From a virus (lineage: Duplodnaviria; Caudoviricetes), in the IMG/VR virus record IMGVR_UViG_3300024232_000044, positions 1 through 35,160 of that record: DNA of 35,160 nucleotides; one strand, 5' to 3'. The translations under genes and the position numbers were made by a program. Of this stretch, positions 32,901 through 35,160 are shown one piece after another. Each line of letters starts with the position of its first letter. Positions within the stretch are counted from its first letter, which is position 1. The notes beneath the pieces were generated by a model. The model did not search any database. It had not been told where the DNA came from and was given only the letters and a program-made list of their open reading frames with translations.

Positions 32901-35160
32901 CGGCGGGACAAAAGCTCGCAGAAGAAGGCTTCGAGTTGAATCGGACCGACGACAAGGGATCGCCTGGGATCTCGGTTATCAAGAACGGCAGTCGCGTTGC
33001 GGAAATCAGGACTCGTCCCGACGACTCTGGGAATGGCGCGTATGTGGCGTCTGTTTTCGTCGAGAAGCCATTTCGAGGCCAGGGTATAAGTGAGATTCTT
33101 TATCGTGAGTTGGGAAAAGCTCTTCAGGATGCCGGTATAGGCGAGCTCCGCGGCGATCTGGTTTCTTCTGCGGCTGCCAAGGCCCGCGCTAAGGTATTTC
33201 CCGAAACTGAATTTCGTGACGAGCTGGGCGGGCAGCTTTCTGATACGGGGGCCGCCGAGCACTTGAGCAGCGGCGGGCTGATGGTTGAAGGCCGATCGAA
33301 GGTCTCACCTGAAATGGAGTTTGCACCGGGCGAAGACCCGCTGACGTCGAAGTATTCAACGAACATCGAAGACGCGCGGAAAGTATTCGAGGAAGCCCCC
33401 GCACTGCAGATCCTGCGCTATGACCGGGCGACGGGCGATCTGGTCGACCATAAAGGCGCCGTTGTTTCAGAGAATGATTTGAATACGCTGGCCCCCGGCA
33501 TGGATCCGGACCGAGCCCGCGGCGCTGTCGTGACGCTGACTGCGTTGCAGGAGTGGGAAGCAAAGCAAGGCGGCCTGTTCTCGAAAGTCGCGGAACCTCT
33601 TAAAGCTCCCGGCGAGCCTGTTGATAACCGGCGCTTGATGTACGCGCCCTCGGTCAACAACCTCGGATTCTATTCTCAACTCGAAGAGACGCTAAAGGCG
33701 ATCCCGCCCAAGTCGTCACCCGCCCAGATCCGCGCGATGCTGCGCCAGGGCGTGAAGGAGTCGGGCAAGCTGCTCGCGAAGCCGGTCAAGGCCGAGGAGA
33801 TGCGGGATACGAAGGCGCCAGATGGTACGACGTTCGAGGAGTGGCTGAACGAGAACCCGAAGGCCACGCTCGACGAGATCAAGTCCTGGGCGCAGGTCAA
33901 TAAGACGAAGGTTTACGCCAACGAAGGCGCGGAGAAGGTGGAAGGGGAAGAGTACACGTCGGAGCCCGAGCCCGTACGGTTCCGCGAGCGTGACGGGACG
34001 CCGATTGAGCCGACTCAGCAGGAAATTAAGGCTGAACGGGACAACTTGAAGGGAGATTACACGGACGACGAGGGGAATGTCGACGAGGACGCGCTTGAAA
34101 GGGCTGTGGACCGCAGTCTCTCGGAAAGTCAGTCGTACGAATGGAACGACCGGGAACACGGCTACACGATCCGCGGGAACAGGGATGCCGGATATTCGGT
34201 CTTTGACCCGAACGGCGACGAAATTGATTCGGAGATTTCGCGTTTTGATCGTGCCGTTGACGCTGCCCAGCAACACGCGTACGACACCATGTCCGAGACC
34301 GAGCGCCGCGACGACGAGATTAACACCGAGCCCCGATACGAACAGTGGACGCTTGGCGGCGACCGCGGCACGAATGCGGGTGAGAATTACCAGGAGGTAG
34401 TTTTTGAAGTGCCTGGCCGAGGGCTGGCGGACAGCGGCCACTTCAGCGGGAATGAGGATTACGTATTCCATGCCCGCACGAAGGAGTACAAGACGCCGGC
34501 CGGTGAAAAAGTGTTCCTGATCGAAGAGACGCAGAGCGACCTACACCGCGAAGGCCGGGAGAAGGGTTACCAGCTTTCGGAGCCAGCTGCGAAGGCGTGG
34601 CTGGAGAAGAAAAACCTTGCTGGCGCTGCGGTTAATGAGGCGGGAGCGAAACTCAAGGAAGTGGAGGCGAAGGTTAAGGAGTTATTCGAGGCTAACGCGC
34701 CCGCGGAGAGCTTCAAGGCTACTGACGAGCTGCACAAGAAGCTCAAGGCTGAGTACGAACAGCGGGTCGCTGAGTTTCAGAAAATACTAGAGAATAAGGG
34801 CGGCAAACTCCCCGACGCGCCGTTCAAAAAGTCCTGGTCCGAGTTCCTCCTGAAGTGGGGCCTGCGAGAAGCCGCGAATCGAGGCGCGCAGTACTTGGCC
34901 TGGGTGACGGGCGAGCAGACGCAAGCGCATTACGACCTCCGGCAGGAAGTCAAAGATCTATCGTGGGATGGGAAGACGCTGCGGGCCGACCTGAACAACG
35001 GCCGGCGCCGCGAGTTCCCAGCGGCGAGCGAAGAGGAGATCGCGAAGTACGTGGGCAAGGGCGTTGCGAGTCGTCTCGCGAAGGCTGAACTGCCTGCGCC
35101 GGTTAAGGTGATGACAGAATCCGAGTGGGCTGCGGCATACCCGGAGAAGTGGGCAGAGGC
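29990..35160 (+). CDS. giant polyvalent internal virion protein, 3' truncated by the window (>1720 aa; absent from ORF track because no stop is reached)
   Basis: CCTATG start MPSDFEVLDE; in-frame motifs HELGH (about 31517), GNAT VEKPFRGQGI (about 33060), GFYSQLE (about 33665), IEETQSD (about 34520), PDAPFK (about 34810). Confidence 0.85.
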   Translation, partial: MPSDFEVLDEQPAPKPAASSSGFDVLGEEPVTPSYVTGKVASGQHVSEEEAKVVRDSEQQKGWFGKLTGFGPGDVWEGLKGTAGGVLKNSAKAWTDPYLHTSPIKQITTGAEGFARGTYDLADLIRRAGRKGIDLYRDLGASEEEQTRHLQERLNSNADWAKRRAEGWDKQGTLTPGLGAIPDYLKPLVGPNPAGAEASSVVLDPTLLIGGEGALGKGLLRGALAKLPGGARVLEAAGKAGEAASKVIPKTAGAVEKLAGTVAEKAAIPGEMLRRVPEELRPTAALAASTVTVPAYAVQRAAGATAKVAEFTRRLAELPGATQAGSRLQQLAKDAAAPAWVRNTARVLDARGVTSAALEAGSELAKGGAHGAALGTALGAVSGETGEERGHAVGGGIALGAGGRAGARYALPAGRAHALAQKQANDLSSLFSRLEDSGTRPDLLDRLPQHAADTLAAYTAGVDPSLKVTLHDANSFAAAAPDQPNAAAFYNPKTHEVALNLDRLGTATGHELGHALIASRKADGETRLMLDSTLGPGGIQKAAHEYASKLVDNDFQASKTPPPLDPAAREQLVQNKIAALTQAQGGDGWIYSEIIADAARKTINPDLYKDTLQPSLVRRVLDTLGVQARSDLASMLPPGALFSDTRIYGPDIAKMLQTHLREAHREGVKPIEAKETKEGAPAGIPVPVDMLGKHPSVPPTSDAVKIEGSQVVPRPPAEVKKIEKERQKAVAPIAEQPVKPKGDTTPEVAPRVGPDGSVEVRGTKISNQIGTMPQFNDEAKRIAKQVEALIDDKKGGVLRTWYQAVGSSKAGAWAKSVRQKLGNWSVSQVEIAPYDFHISDAGNVLVRGVSKTALDQKLGRWQQEGKLDQLWGGDADAFRADLHKYLQNHAQGLPGTTGLDPRARDALNLFVAGRVGKFKDANPLRAAAEGRDKNGIIRSVRLDRMANPESVPGSLPLDWNKQQRNFSPATAAGQKLAEEGFELNRTDDKGSPGISVIKNGSRVAEIRTRPDDSGNGAYVASVFVEKPFRGQGISEILYRELGKALQDAGIGELRGDLVSSAAAKARAKVFPETEFRDELGGQLSDTGAAEHLSSGGLMVEGRSKVSPEMEFAPGEDPLTSKYSTNIEDARKVFEEAPALQILRYDRATGDLVDHKGAVVSENDLNTLAPGMDPDRARGAVVTLTALQEWEAKQGGLFSKVAEPLKAPGEPVDNRRLMYAPSVNNLGFYSQLEETLKAIPPKSSPAQIRAMLRQGVKESGKLLAKPVKAEEMRDTKAPDGTTFEEWLNENPKATLDEIKSWAQVNKTKVYANEGAEKVEGEEYTSEPEPVRFRERDGTPIEPTQQEIKAERDNLKGDYTDDEGNVDEDALERAVDRSLSESQSYEWNDREHGYTIRGNRDAGYSVFDPNGDEIDSEISRFDRAVDAAQQHAYDTMSETERRDDEINTEPRYEQWTLGGDRGTNAGENYQEVVFEVPGRGLADSGHFSGNEDYVFHARTKEYKTPAGEKVFLIEETQSDLHREGREKGYQLSEPAAKAWLEKKNLAGAAVNEAGAKLKEVEAKVKELFEANAPAESFKATDELHKKLKAEYEQRVAEFQKILENKGGKLPDAPFKKSWSEFLLKWGLREAANRGAQYLAWVTGEQTQAHYDLRQEVKDLSWDGKTLRADLNNGRRREFPAASEEEIAKYVGKGVASRLAKAELPAPVKVMTESEWAAAYPEKWAE

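Noticed and set aside
30065-35088. Many short ORFs listed in the track
   Set aside because: All lie within the giant + strand ORF from 29990; shadows

Overview
GC-rich fragment of a tailed dsDNA phage with podovirus-type architecture. Left part: a leftward run of small accessory and membrane ORFs (1-1980), a divergent non-coding region, a secreted Sel1-repeat protein, a candidate origin and small regulatory/enzyme ORFs. The rightward morphogenesis arm encodes a trypsin-like protease, FkbM methyltransferase, LamG protein, large terminase, portal, scaffold, a cupin plus two glycosyltransferase-like genes, major capsid protein, adaptor, tail fibres/nozzle, ejection proteins and a >1700 aa polyvalent protein that runs off the window. 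The strongest signal is a 1.5 kb island (25238-26790) between tail and ejection genes. It carries an aberrant 90-nt tRNA (Phe GAA anticodon on a Ser-like long-variable-arm body) just behind a promoter/structured leader/terminator unit whose two hairpin loops are exactly complementary to the tRNA's D-loop and variable-arm loop, suggesting a tRNA-controlled attenuator. A second signal is five sigma-54 (-24/-12) promoters placed at near-constant distance from leaderless GTG starts, two with an adjacent TGTCA-N9-TGACA operator. All assignments come from manual motif reading; no database searches were run.
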